Shown: positions 1 through 13,267, numbered from the whole stretch's first letter. The stretch is 62,981 nt of DNA, filler included, from Reticulomyxa filosa (GCA_000512085.1; 21 parts of 21 records of this genome joined end to end with filler, not necessarily neighbours in it); one strand, 5' to 3'. A program made the numbers and translations. The notes: a model not told the origin generated them from the sequence alone.

Positions 1-56
1 AGAAAATCAATCATCTCTATAAGGTGCCATTTTAGGTGTCAACTTTACTTTGCATT
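1..56 (+). repeat. Dispersed repeat, copy 1 (identical to 5800-5855 on another contig)
   Basis: The 56-nt string AGAAAATCAATCATCTCTATAAGGTGCCATTTTAGGTGTCAACTTTACTTTGCATT matches exactly, then the copies diverge. Confidence 0.9.
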
Positions 57-695
57 CTACTGTAATAGCATTTTAAATTTAAATATCTATTTATATCGTT
101 TATTTTATTTCATCAAAGAAATAATTTTTAAATCAACTTACAAAACTGACAAAATATGTTGATAATTGTGAAATCTTTGAAAGAAGTATTAACAGTTATT
201 TGTTATCAATTAAAACTTATTTTTGAAACATTACCTTTCATTTTTCATAAACAAGAATGTAGTCATTTAAGTAAATATCCACTAGATCCAGAAACAGTTA
301 CATGCGCCAAATTCTTTTCAGGGTATTAGATATACTAAAAATTTGTTTTCAGTTAAATATTTTTGTGATACATTTTAATGTCTGCTACAATAAGCTACTG
401 AATATTTGCATATCCTTTTTCCGTGTTTGGTATATTGTATAAAAAAGCACAACTGAAATAATATGCAAATTAAATAACTGCGTTACGTAAACACAAAAAT
501 CTATAATTGCACGCATATATGTGCTAATTGTAATCTCAATCTAAGTTATCCAAAGAACTTCAAAATGTTGTAATTTTCTTAATTGGTTACGTTGTACCTA
601 AAAAAATACTGAATAATTCACCGCTTTTCCAAGTGAGCAAAAATACAGTTACTATATTTTGGAAATACTTCTAATTTTCTGAAATTTTCCAAAAA

Positions 696-928
696 ATGAC
701 TACATCTATGATTACAATGAAAAACGGACTTATGTTCTTCTTTGTCATCATTCTAAGTAATAATGTTAGTTGTCAAAAATCATAGTGTCAACTTTTTATT
801 TAGGTATGTTGTTATTGGCCATTGTTGTCATCTTTACTATCACTTGGTTATGTGCTCGAATATACTTAACGTACAGAAAGCTTGGAATTGAAAATCTTTT
901 GATCAAGAATTTGTTTATATTATATTGA
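696..928 (+). CDS. Candidate 61-aa single-pass membrane microprotein (exons 696-756, 804-928)
   Basis: Removing GT..AG intron 757-803 gives MTTSMITMKNGLMFFFVIILSMLLLAIVVIFTITWLCARIYLTYRKLG...: a long hydrophobic helix followed by basic residues. Confidence 0.3.
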
Positions 929-2553
929 ATATATTCTAAAAGAACGTTTGTGATTACAATTGATTAGCATATCAAAATAGACTGACATTGTTGAAACTTA
1001 GATTTATCTATTAACAAAATTTCATTTTCATTTTTAATATCAATGTCACTAAAAGTATTTTTAAAAAAGTGTTATAGATATGCTTACTTATAATACCATT
1101 GTTTTTTATTGAATTATTATTAAAAAAGTAAACTTAATACAATGCAAGTGTAATAAAAAAATGTAATTAGAATAAAATACAAATTCATTTTGGTTTTTAA
1201 TGTTCTGCAGAGTATATTTGGATATTATATTCGATATTTATTAAAATGACTTTTTTTGATCGATAATTCTCCACTTCAAAAGCCAGCGTACAAATACAGT
1301 ATTTGACAAACCGAAAAATCAAACTGGTATGTTTTCAAAAACGTTTTTATGCGTGAACTACAAGCAAAAAAAGAAACTTTTGCAAAATAGGTAAAATCTT
1401 CATTCAAATGTAATTTGATTTGCCCTACTAATAAATATACAAACAAGCATCACTACTCTACAATGCCACAGCAATTTGTCAACTCTGTCAAGTCCTTTTT
1501 AACAATGCGAACGCTTCTCAGTTTACCAAATTTTTTTGCAAGTTGTGGCTCAAATAAATTATTGTCTTTTTCATCTGTAATTATTAATATAATAAAAAAA
1601 TAATTAAAACTGATATTTTTCATTGAAAATTCATATAACAAATTAAGATATAATTGAACAGTTGTTCAAAAAGGGTCTAGTTCCATTTTTTTTTTTATTA
1701 TTTGTCATCAGTTACCGCTTTCTTCTTTTTTAAAGATTAATAAAGTAATTTTTTAATCCTGTAATTGCCGAAGAAATTGTCTGCATAAAACTAGTTGAAA
1801 AGTGTTCGGAACGAGTATTATTTTTTTTTAAGGTTATAAATGTTGAAAAATCTGTTTATTAGTCCAAAAGAAAGTCCAATTGAGTTCACCACAAAATACT
1901 TGAAGTGAATGTTGTGAATAGTTATTTGTTTGATTATTTATATTGTGTTGATTATTAGCCTTTTACACTTTGGCATTACAATTTAATGTCACAGTTAACG
2001 TATGCAGTTGCACTTTGTAAGCTTTTATGATGAAGACATATATATTGTTTCTTAGCAATGCAATGAAAGAAACGGGTCGCAATGGCATTTCCATGATTTC
2101 AAAAATGATTATCTGCTCAATGTATTTTTTGAGATATCCCATTTCCAACCTTACATAAAAAAAAAGTGGTAAAGTTCGCATTTTCTCTTCAATAGGAGAA
2201 ATGACTTCAACAACTCCAATTGAAAAGGGGCGTTCATGAAAAAATCTATTTGAACGGAAGGTAATCGGTTTTTGAATCTGGAAAGATTACTTGGAAAAAT
2301 TTGTATGAACAAATTTTGTACTTTATTGACGAACAAAACAAGTTAACGCATTGAGATCTTGTTTGTAGAAACATCAATAAAATTAAACCAATGGAATATG
2401 CAGAAAAAGTTAAGCAATAGAAGCAAAAAAGTGCCCTTAGCCCATCCCTTCATATCACAAAACGGGGATATTTGAAAAAAAAACAATACACCTTTTGTCA
2501 GGTTTGATTGGCACAGTTTTTGTTGTTTTCCCGTTTCCCCTTTTTCTTTACTC

Positions 2554-3161
2554 TTAAAATTCATCCGAAAAATCTTCCCCGGGTGCAAGAAGTCTAGGTT
2601 CATCATCTACAAGATCTTCCTCACAATTAACAAAATTGGACAAGTCTTTGTGATCTTTTACTGGATTTACAATTGGGGCTTGCAAAGTTCCTTGGAGGAA
2701 ATCTTTCCACGCAAAAGTTTGAAACCACGGATGCATTCGAATGTTATCTGCTCCTCCTTTGAGTATGCCAAGCCGTTTCACCGGACGACTTCGAAGTAGC
2801 TGTCGAATTAATTCCCTGGACTCTTGAGTGAAATAGCGTGGGAATTTGAGATGGCCACGAATGATTTTGCGATATGTTTGCATTGGATCTTCGTCAAAAA
2901 AGGGTGGAAATGAGGCAAGCATTTCATAGATCAGCACGCCTAACGTCCACCAGTCAACTGCGCGGCCATGCCCTTGTCCGATTACAATCTCCGGAGCTAA
3001 GTAATCTGGCGTGCCACAAAGAGTGAATGTTTTGTCGGTCACAATTTTGGCAAAGCCAAAGTCTGTGACTTTCAAATAGCCACGGTCATCCAACACTAAG
3101 TTTTCGGGTTTCAAATCTCTGTAGACTATGTCCTTACTGTGCATGTAAGCAAAAGCTTCGA
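2554..3161 (-). CDS. AGC kinase (cGMP/cAMP-dependent protein kinase), last exon, 5' partial
   Basis: EAFAYMHSKDIVYRDLKPEN, DFGFAK, TFTLCGTPDYLAPE, DWWTLG and an AGC C-tail ending DFSDEF. Acceptor AG ends at 3162. Confidence 0.93.
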
Positions 3162-3240
3162 CTTTTTACAACAAACAAAGTCAAAGACATACACAAAGAT
3201 ATATTATTATGATTTACTTTTGGAAAGAGAGAAGAGAATA

Positions 3241-3276
<36 letters not shown>

Positions 3277-3279
3277 GAT

Positions 3280-3379
3280 NNNNNNNNNNNNNNNNNNNNN
3301 NNNNNNNNNNNNNNNNNNNNNNNTTAATTAATTAANNNNNNNNNNNNNNNNNNNNNNNNNNNNNNNNNNNNNNNNNNNN
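3280..3379. other. Artificial contig spacer N44-TTAATTAATTAA-N44 (first of 20)
   Basis: Identical 100-nt linker with stops in all six frames. It recurs at 5615, 7199, 13268, 15496, 17884, 22144, 25541, 30331, 34400, 35500, 38518, 39793, 45213, 46967, 48140, 53778, 54996, 58867 and 61610. Confidence 0.99.
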
Positions 3380-3630
3380 TTCGAATATGGGACACAGCGT
3401 CAAGTAATCAACTTTGTGTATTGGAAGGGCATTCTGATTACATATTTGGAGTACAGTTTTCACATGATGGATCTAAAATTGTGTCATGCTCACTGGATAA
3501 AACTATTAGAATATGGGATGTATTATCAGGCCAACAAATTCAAATTTTAGAAGGACATTCATCAGATGTAAGTGCTGCGCAATTTTCATTAGATTGTTCT
3601 AAGATTGTGTCAACAAAACGATTTCATTGA
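3380..3630 (+). pseudogene. WD40-repeat fragment, truncated mid-repeat
   Basis: Two GH...WD repeats (LEGHSDYIFGVQFSHDGSKIVSCSLDKTIRIWD). The last repeat breaks off into a stop. Confidence 0.75.
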
Positions 3631-5458
3631 CCTTTTTTATTATCTTCCAGTGTCACTACACAATGTAAGTTTAAATTTTTATTTTGAAAAAAAAAATTAC
3701 ATAATGCTGTTTCCAACGAATTTTATACAGATTATATTGATAAGTGTTGAAGATTTAGAAACAAGTATATGAATGACACTTTTTTTTTACAAATTGACTA
3801 TCTTTTGAAGCCAATATACATTTTATCAGTATCTCTTCACTGACTAATGTTTGTATATTGACAATTGAAACGATTGTCAAAAAGTAATCTAGTATTTAAT
3901 TATTTCCGGATGGATGGCTTTGTCTCAAAAACGTTTCTAAAGATTAAATACTTTTATACTTTGTTTCAATTTTTTTTGAACGAGAAGCATTTATTTAATC
4001 TGCCATTAAAAGGGCTAGATTTATCTCTTTTTTATTAAATTTTTAAGAAACACTCCAATTTTTTTGGAGTAGAAAATTGGACAAGGAATCTATGTTTAAG
4101 GATATTCAAAAAATACTGTCATCGCTACGAACAGACCTATTATCTAAAATAAATTATTTTATACAATATTGCATATCAGGCAGCTGTCTATCCAATTTTC
4201 CAACTAATCAAAAACAGCATCAATTACATTTTTATGTAATATAAATCTATCCAAATTATAATCCAAAAATGTGAAATCAGAAAACATGGAAAACAGTAAA
4301 GTTCTTTATCAGTGGCAATTTTTTGAGATATGGTATTCATTGGTGATTTTTTTCAAAGAATAAACAAAAAATGGATTGATTTTCAAAATTCATCATATTA
4401 CTTTGGCACAACAAATAGATGGGACGAATGATGCACAAGAATTTTCAATGAGCACGTGTATAATTTTTAAAAATTTAGATATAAAAACTTGAATATTGTC
4501 AATTTTTGTTCGGTTTTCAAACAAAGTGCATTAAATCAAATTTTTTTTATTGAATAATAGCTTAAATAAATAAATGTGACGGCGGCACAGAGATGAGCAC
4601 ATACATGCCACATTTTTTACAAATAAATTATCTTATTTAATTTAAACAAAGCATTTAGTTCTTTTTTGTAAAAAAAAATTGTTCATCTTTTATTCAAAAG
4701 TATTTTGTTAAATTAATTTGGTTGTTAATGAAATGGAAGAAGTTTGAATACTAAGAAATAATACAATATACTTTTTTTCAAAAGGAATTGAACAAAAGCA
4801 AATTCATTAAGATATTTTTATTTTCTTTCTCCCAAATTACAAATAATTTCTCAAAATTAATTACTTGCAGGCGTACTGTTTAAAGCTCAAGGTGCCTCTT
4901 TTTAAAAAAAAGTCAGAAGTTTTAGCACAAAAAATTCCAATTGTTCTTCTGGTAACTGACAAATCAATTTGTATTTATTTCCTGAATAAAAATGGGAATG
5001 ACGGTCTACTGACTGGAAAAAAAAAAGTGCATACCTTTACTCCAATTTACACCACTTCACAAAAGTTTTTCTTTTAAATAACCAAAAATTTTTTAATGGC
5101 ATTACTTTTCTTTATCATACAAAAATTAAAAAAAAGCAAATGCAAGAAAAATAAATAAATAAAAAATTGAATCAGGCAGCACCTTCTGGCCTTCTTTTTG
5201 ATCTTTTCTCACTTTGCTTTTTTTCTCGTCAAACTTCCAGACAATACAAGTTGATTACAAAAATAAATCCAGTTTTCATATTTGGAAAAGAAAAACATTA
5301 CCTGTAGCATTTTTTTTTCTGGACTTTTTTCAAAGGGTAAAGTAATGAAAAAAAAGGCCCTTTCAAAGTTTGCATTCAATCAAGTCAAACAAATTCAAAC
5401 CATTTTCATTTTCTTTTTATCAGAAAATACTTTCATTTCTTTCTGGACAAAAAATAAG

Positions 5459-5614
5459 TTATCCCCAAATACGAATATGACCTTTGTATGAACCATAACA
5501 CAAGTTCAAACAATATTTACCATACTTTCCATTTCCGTTATCCATATCTTTCTTTTTTAGTAATATAAATTTTAAACATAATATTCCATCAATGTCATTA
5601 TCATCTGCTTTGAT
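5459..5614 (-). CDS. C-terminal end of a WD40-repeat protein, 5' partial
   Basis: Open frame from the contig end: IKADDNDIDGILCLKFILLKKK...LNLCYGSYKGHIRIWG*, a terminal WD-like blade. Missed by the ORF track. Confidence 0.7.
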   Translation of the reverse strand: MKADDNDIDGILCLKFILLKKKDMDNGNGKYGKYCLNLCYGSYKGHIRIWG

Positions 5615-5799
5615 NNNNNNNNNNNNNNNNNNNNNNNNNNNNNNNNNNNNNNNNNNNNTTAATTAATTAANNNNNNNNNNNNNNNNNNNNNNNNNNNNNN
5701 NNNNNNNNNNNNNNTTAATAAAAACCAAATAATATTTAAAAGGTACACGATTTGTAGATATTTTTTTAAAAATTAAGTCTGAATGTTATTTTTTCATGA

Positions 5800-5855
5800 A
5801 GAAAATCAATCATCTCTATAAGGTGCCATTTTAGGTGTCAACTTTACTTTGCATT
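5800..5855 (+). repeat. Dispersed repeat, copy 2
   Basis: Exact match to 1-56. Confidence 0.9.
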
Positions 5856-6286
5856 ATGCTGTACTTTTTAAAAATATATATATTTGTAGTTTTTGAAAAA
5901 GTCTTATTTTTTATTTTAGTTTAATTCATCAGTATGTCAAATAAAAACTGAAAACACAATATTCAACTTTTTAAATTTTACTTCTTTTTTATGAAAATTG
6001 AATTTTTGATTTTTGAAATGTCAAATTTTTTACTTTTTATTTTTATAATTTGTTTCTTCTGCTTCAATTACTGGTGATTCTTTTTTCATTGATCAATCAT
6101 TGCTTGTTACAATTTAGTGTCGATATTACTAATCAAAAATATTACAATTTTAATGTTATTGCTTTTTCTATATTGTGTTGTAACCCAATTAACGTAAAAA
6201 AGCAAAGCAATGCTGGTTTAAAACGAACCTTTGAACAGGTGCGAGCGTTTTTTTGATAAATGCTGTTGTAAATAAACGGGGCTAGC

Positions 6287-7009
6287 ATGTCTATTGATCC
6301 TCTTGTTTGCTCAAATGGTTGTACTTTGTTTACTTCTTCAAATCACTTCAATAACTCGTGCAGCAGTATTTATGCATTTGTTCCCAACGGTGACAGCAAC
6401 GGCAGCTCAGGAATGAACTCGCATATTTGCGCAGAAGTTCTCATCAACGCTATAGTGGACAATCAGTCTTCCATTTTTCCCAATGGACTCAGTTTTTTTT
6501 TTTTTTTTTTTTTTTTGAAAAGGAAAGTGTTTTGCAAAAGGAACAGTCAAATGAAAAAAATTTTAAAAAAATAATGATTGACAATAGTGAAACCAGCAAA
6601 GTTGTGGGAAGCAATAGTATTGTCATTTTGCATACCAATGGGATTAGTAATGCTTTTGATTTGTGTATACGTGAATTGGGGAAGCAAAGGAAGACGTCGT
6701 CAATTTTGGAAAGAAGGTGTATTGGGCCGAGTGTTCAATATCAAAAAAAGGGTCCCCGAGCCGAATAGCGGAACAGTAGCAGTTGGACCGGCAGTATCCC
6801 CACAAACGAAATATTCGACATTGCGAATAGTCACACGTCAAAATGATGGAGATGACAATGAAAAAATACTGTTCATCCTTCGTCATCCTCATCCCCTTGC
6901 TCTTCTTCTTCTTCTTCTACTCAATCCCGATCCCAGTCTCGATCCTACTCGCGGTCTGTGCATCAACGCAAGCACGAAGCGACACAATCCAAGACAACAC
7001 CGCACGTAG
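6287..7009 (+). CDS. Hypothetical single-pass membrane protein (exons 6287-6491, 6588-7009)
   Basis: Intron 6492-6587 joins two ORFs in frame. Cys/Asn/Ser-rich N-terminus, TM segment AIVLSFCIPMGLVMLLICVYVNW, then basic KGRRR. Confidence 0.5.
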
Positions 7010-7135
7010 CAAAGCAAAAGCACAAAGATAAAGAACAGAAAACACCAAAAAAAAGTCACTCAAAAAAAGGCGAACGAAATCAAGCCACAAAACTGGTTGT
7101 CCACAAATCAGGAGTCATTGTCAATACTATCAATG

Positions 7136-7166
<31 letters not shown>

Positions 7167-7440
7167 CCTCCTTTCTATTATTCCCCCTCCTCCTCCTCNN
7201 NNNNNNNNNNNNNNNNNNNNNNNNNNNNNNNNNNNNNNNNNNTTAATTAATTAANNNNNNNNNNNNNNNNNNNNNNNNNNNNNNNNNNNNNNNNNNNNTT
7301 TTTTTTTTTTTTTTTTAATACAGTTGAAAAAAAAAAATACAATTCAATTTATTAAGGACGTTCAAATCTTACCCCTTTATCTCTCTATCTCTCTCTTCTC
7401 TTCCCTCCCTCCTCCTTTCTTCTTGTGCAATACATGCTGA

Positions 7441-7784
7441 CCTTCTTCGTCATATGTAATAGCCATATTTCGACGGTCCCTACTACTTATAAGACGTATA
7501 CACACTCGTAGCGCATCCAAACGGTCAAATTTATGTCTTGGCTTGCGGTGATTGTATTTGATGTCGTGAAGTGGTCGTTTCTCCAAAGTATCTAACAAAT
7601 GGATTATTGGTACCACTTGCGAATATGCATCTGTGATCTCTTCAATGAACATGTTTTGACTCGCCAGGTGTGCGTTTATCCAACCTGTGAAGGCCTTCTT
7701 TTGTTGATCCACCCATGTCTCCTTCGTGGTTGTGTGTGATAATCCTCTATCTTTTTCTCCAATGTATAATTTGCATTGAGCCAT
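7441..7784 (-). CDS. Calponin-homology (CH1) actin-binding protein, filamin/alpha-actinin type, first exon
   Basis: WVDQQKKAFTGWINAHL...IHLLDTLE matches the CH1 consensus QxxTFTxWxNxxL. Confidence 0.8.
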
Positions 7785-8235
7785 TCGCTGTTCAAGAGTT
7801 TTGAAAATAATTTAAACAACTTACAAAAAATTCAACGCATGCAATCTCAGTATACAAATACACGCACTTGATTACAAAAAACATGTATCTAAAATTAGAT
7901 CTTATTGCATTTGACATTTTTTTTACAGAAAAATAAAGATCATTTGAAACAACAGTCTGAAATTTTGAAAAAAAGTATTAGTATTTCTTATGATTTTTAC
8001 AATTTTTGTCAAGAAATAAGACTAATGAACAAGTGCAAAAAGTATTGACGGTAGAACAAAAATGGATGAACGAAAGCTGGAACCAGTTGGAAAGCAAGTG
8101 GACTACAAAAAAATAGCGACTTGTATTGAAATATACTAAAACTCAGTAAATATTATTTCATTAGTAGCAATGTCACAAAAAAAAAAAATGATGATATTTC
8201 TTTGAATTGAAAGAACAAAAAAGTTGTATTGATAG

Positions 8236-8665
8236 TAATTTTTCAAAAGTAAAATTGCAAATAATTTCGTTCCTATTGGAAAAATAATTGATAAACTTGT
8301 TATTAATTATGTTAGTTTATTTGTTCTTTTTTTTTTAAATATAAATCAAAATATAAAATATTTATTATACAATATACTATGTTCATGTTCAATATATTTT
8401 GCTCATCATTCAAATTATGCAATACATTGGCCGGACATACTGGAGCTTTGCAAAGTATTGATTATAAAATATTTGATAGTCGTCAATTGATTTGTTCTGG
8501 ATCATATGATAAAACAGTTAGTGTATGTGATGTTGATAACAACAAACAAATTCAATTTAATGATGTTCAAGTCTTGTGGATGTGTGAAATTTTCATCATA
8601 TCATTATTATAATAATAGTCAAAATGTCATTTGTTTTTCATCAAATGACAAAAATATTTGTTTTT
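8236..8665 (+). pseudogene. Decayed WD40-repeat gene
   Basis: LAGHTGALQSIDY...ICSGSYDKTVSVCDVDNNKQIQ, followed by frameshifts and stops. The upstream exon remnant ends DKLVINY|GT. Confidence 0.7.
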
Positions 8666-11154
8666 GGCTTGTTCAATGATGCCATCACAACTTCATATTT
8701 CCTACCACTGAAGCTGACTCTTCCCTTTTTCAATTCATTTAATTAAGGCAATTTTTTTTCTTTTTTCTATTTCTTCGCAAGCATTTTGCAACTACAAAGA
8801 AGTTTCTATTTATTCGAACTTTGTGTTCATTTGGCTTGTGAAAATAAATTGCCGATCTTATTTAAATTGATTATTTATTTCCCGTTTTCCAATATTTCAC
8901 TTATTATTATTATTATTATACTCCAATCACTGGCTTCGTGTTTGCAAAAAGTGTTGTTGTTTTCTCTTGGTTCAAATATTTTAATATCAATGCAACAAGA
9001 AATTGAACTTTGGAATCTTCTTCCAGATACTTTTTGACAAAATCTTGGATGTGAATTTGATCAAAGTAAGACAAGTTGACTTGTATTTGTGAATTTGGAT
9101 CAATGTAATTTACTAGTGATTAAGCTGCCATTGGTTAGATTCAGTCCTTTCTTAGCAAACAAGATAGATCCAATCCCAGTACAATTCAAATTATGACAAT
9201 GACAGACCAATTTCCCCTCTATATGTACTTTTTTATTTTTTATTTTTATGTACCTGTATGGGATATCTTTCGAATGTCATCTCTCGTAATATTGAAAAAA
9301 CGCTTGATGATAGTACAATCGTGGCAAAACAGAAGATTCTCATAAGTGAATTCAGCAAATGGATCTATCATATCTTGACTAGGGGCAAAAGGATAAATCT
9401 GTCTGGTGTTCATGGTTTGGGAATGATTCTTCCTAAGCTCTTAAGAATGTTTCCACAGTCCAAACATACAAAGCATTTAATCCAAATGTATTTTTGTAAA
9501 AATCAATGTCCGAATGGCGGATAATACATGTACATTTCATAATAAGCACTTAGGCAAGGAAAACTATACATAAGTTGAAATACTACTTCGCCACTCCAAG
9601 TTTTTTTGAGATTTTCTTGTGCCATTTCAATAACAAATACACAATATAATATATACATATATTTAGACTTTTTCACTGATCCTATTTCAAATGAACTAAA
9701 CAACTCTTTCCGTATATACTATGAACAATGATAATTATGCATGGTGAGGCAGTGTCAACATCTACTTTCATTACTTTCCATAACTCTATTCCAAAATCTG
9801 CTATTGATAACAAATTCGCAAACATCATTGCTTTGTATGCAAGTCTTTCACTATGTGTATCTTTCCAAATTGCTTTAAGTAAGATTCTATTCTCTATTTG
9901 TTTTATTAATTGCCAAGAATAGCCCACTCTCAACATTAGCAAGAATATTAGTATCATTATTGTGCTAATTAGCGGAAACAAAATCAGTGTAAGTATTTTT
10001 ATGGAAGATTAAAATAATATTGAAGTGAGTTTTTGACAATAAGAAACAAAATTTGATGTTAAGAAATTTGATTTAAAAAGATAATAAACTGCTAGTTGAA
10101 AAAAATGTCTAAAGAAGGGCCAATAACACTTGTAAAAAATGATACTAAAGAGGCCTTAAAAAAATAACTATACAAAAGAGAAAAGAGATAATAGCCATAA
10201 ATGAGCCAGGTGGAATAGATGAAAGATATAAGCAATTGCAAAATGAAATAATAGCTAAAAAAAGATCGATTGCAAATTTGAATAGAAGGTACAACAGCAA
10301 GTTGGACTCATTGCAATCAGTTTTGCGTTTACACATATTATCCTAACCAAAATATTATTCAATTTTTTTTTTTTTTTACGAATACTGTTTACTATATCAC
10401 TTCAACTAGCATCATTTATTTTTGATACTTTTTCTTACATTTGGGTTGACACGCGTATTTTTAGTTGGGATTGTTCGCTTTTTTTTTACTGCATGCTACA
10501 CGGATTTGAGTAAACAAATAAGTATTACTTAACATGAATTTATTGAAAGAAATATTTTAAGCTCTCGGGCATGCTTAATGCAATTCAATGAAGGCATTTC
10601 AATTATAATGAATTAAGGTAAATGAGAAACAAAGTAAAAAATTATTATTACTTTGGAGTACGACAATGTGCTATTCAAATATTTATTTGAAAGACAAGAT
10701 GTAAAGCACTACAGTAATAAAATTGTAAGAAAAATGTCCTTTCGAATTAAATTAATAAAAAATTAAAATAAAGCAAGAGAATGAAAAGAGTCGAGAAAAA
10801 TTTTCCTTGAGAAGTTCAGCTACTATTGGTTAATTCTACAATCTAACACTAGCTCTATCCTTGGAAAATATGTCACTACATTATGTCTGAGTTTTTACTA
10901 GGAGTAACAACTTGCAAGACAAAGAAAAAATAAATTGATGCACTTGGCAGATTTTCTGATTTGGTGAATGTTTCATCATAAGGAAATGTAGTATAAAACC
11001 AGGCTTACAAGATAAAAAAGAAAAAGGAGAGGTTTGAGGGACAATGCACCACGAAAAAATTTTGAAATTAAATGATCAAATCCATTTCAACACATATAAA
11101 AAACTAACAAAAAAAAAAAAGAAAAGGTAATGAGTTACTCCAAGAAATTTGAAA

Positions 11155-11685
11155 TTATCCATAGAAACGCCTAGATTTTAAAAGCACGTAATTTTTGTTC
11201 ATTTGGATCATTTGCTTCGTGGAAGTGATAGTAGGGTCGAGAGAGCAAAAGCAATAATTGTAGAGACGAATGGGGTTCTTATTACTCGTCATCGTTGGTC
11301 TGTAAAGAACTCTTTCGTCCTCTCGATGGGATAAGGTCTTATCTTTCATATTTATCTCATCGTTACTTTGCGGTACTCTGGCATTGACTCTATCAGTCCA
11401 TCCAGAACAGCCTTCTTGACCAACACGATTTGTTGACGAAATAACAGGAACTAACGCTGTGTTAAGAGGCTGCATTTCTCCTTTTAGAGTGGCATCTTTC
11501 GTCAATTTGCGACATTTTTGCTTGGGATAAAAATATAATGCTGATGAACTTGAATTTATACTGCAAGTGTTCTCGTTTTCTGTTCTCCCGTTGTCTAGTT
11601 CCGAAAACGTTCTTTTTTTTCCAAGTAAACTCTTGCCATCCTTATGATTATTTAATGCTAAAAATGTGTTCCTGGCTGTTATCAT
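11155..11685 (-). CDS. Hypothetical protein, 176 aa
   Basis: Long ATG-started ORF in AT-rich DNA with an NLS-like GKKRTF. No recognisable domain. Confidence 0.4.
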   Translation of the reverse strand: MITARNTFLALNNHKDGKSLLGKKRTFSELDNGRTENENTCSINSSSSALYFYPKQKCRKLTKDATLKGEMQPLNTALVPVISSTNRVGQEGCSGWTDRVNARVPQSNDEINMKDKTLSHREDERVLYRPTMTSNKNPIRLYNYCFCSLDPTITSTKQMIQMNKNYVLLKSRRFYG

Positions 11686-12146
11686 CTTTTTTTTCTCTTC
11701 AAATTGTATTCAAGATGAAAGTTCACCAATCTTTTTGTTAAATAAAACTTGACTCTTCTCACTCCCTCTTTTTTTTTCTCTTGCAAAACATTGCAATATT
11801 TACCTTTAGAGGTAGCTGTAAGCTATTCTCGTTGGATGAAATTTTTATTTTGCATTTGTAGGTTTAAAAAGATTAATTATAACATTATCCATTAAAGTAT
11901 TAAAAATTTGAGAGAAAACATTTTTTTAAAGAGTAAAATATTGAAGAACGGTTTGACAATTGATTGCAATATTTGTTCTTTAAGCACTTCAGCGTGCAAA
12001 GGAAGTGTATTGCATAATAGTGATTCGAGTGAACAAGCAAGGAAGAGCATCAAAGCAAGTTTTTTGTACTCAAGACGAAGAGGGGCTGGAGTAAAAAAAA
12101 AAAAAAAAAAAACAATCAACAAAAGTAAAACAATTGGTGCTGCCTC

Positions 12147-13267
12147 ATGAAGGCAAATCAACAAAGCTGTGTTCCAAAAATAATAGAGGATCGCACGTCG
12201 TATGCTCCTCATGTGAAGCGCTATGAGTGCGGAAAGCATTTAGGGCGAGGTGGATTTGCTCAAGTGTACGAAGTACAAAGTTTGGACAGTAATCGCGTGT
12301 ACGCATGTAAGATAATAAACAAGCAGATGTTGCGCAAGCCCCAGCATCAAGCAAAGCTGTTAAGTGAGATCCAATTGCATCGCAAGTTGAACCACCCCAA
12401 CATAGTGCGATTTGAGCGTTGTTTTGACGACAAAGAGAACGTGTATATTTTGTTGGAGCGTTGCAGCAACAAGTCGTTGATGCAGCTTATCCAGATGCGA
12501 AAGCGCGTGACGGAGCATGAGACACGTTATTTACTCCGAGAAATTTTGTGTGGCGTGCAGTATTTGCATAGCCAAAACGTGATTCATCGAGATTTGAAGT
12601 TGGGCAATGTGTTGTTGGACGAAGGATTGCATGTGAAGCTGTGTGACTTTGGCTTGGCAGCACAGCTGGACAACTCGGACGAGCGTAAGACAACAATTTG
12701 TGGTACTCCGAATTACATTGCCCCAGAGATATTAAACGGACGAATGACCCATCGAACAATGAATGGTAATGGTAATAACAATGGTAATAACATTGGTAAT
12801 AACATTGGTAATAACATTGGTAATAGTAATGGGTTAGATACCAATGCAAATGACACGAAACACGGACATAGCTTTGAAGTGGATATATGGTCGATTGGTG
12901 TGATATTGTTCACATTGCTGACGGGCAAGCCGCCGTTTGAAACCAAAAATGTAGAGACCACGTATGAGAAAATTCGAAAGCTCAACTACGAATGGCCCCC
13001 GGATGTGTCCGTCTCCGCCGAAGCCAAAGACATGACGAGGAGCATTTTGGTCATCAAGGCCGAAGACAGACCCTCCATTCACGGCCTGCTCGCACACCCC
13101 TTTTTAGCAATGCCCCTATGGGCATTTGCAAACAGTTGCCTCGCGTGTGTCTCCACTCTGTTCCTACCATCGAACAGCTCTTTGGAACTGATCATGACAT
13201 TTCCTGCCATCACAAGTCCATCTCTTCAAGTGTCCTTCCCACTACTACTACTACTACTACTACTACT
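12147..13267 (+). CDS. PLK1: Polo-like kinase, N-terminal kinase domain (3' partial; apparent 1-nt frameshift at the T-run 13101-13105)
   Basis: LGRGGFAQVYE, YACKII, EIQLHRKLNHPNIV, LLERCSNKSL, HRDLKLGN, ERKTTICGTPNYIAPE, GHSFEVDIWSIG, GKPPFET are all Polo-type. The shifted frame continues ICKQLPRVCLHSVP, as in Plk. Confidence 0.93.
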
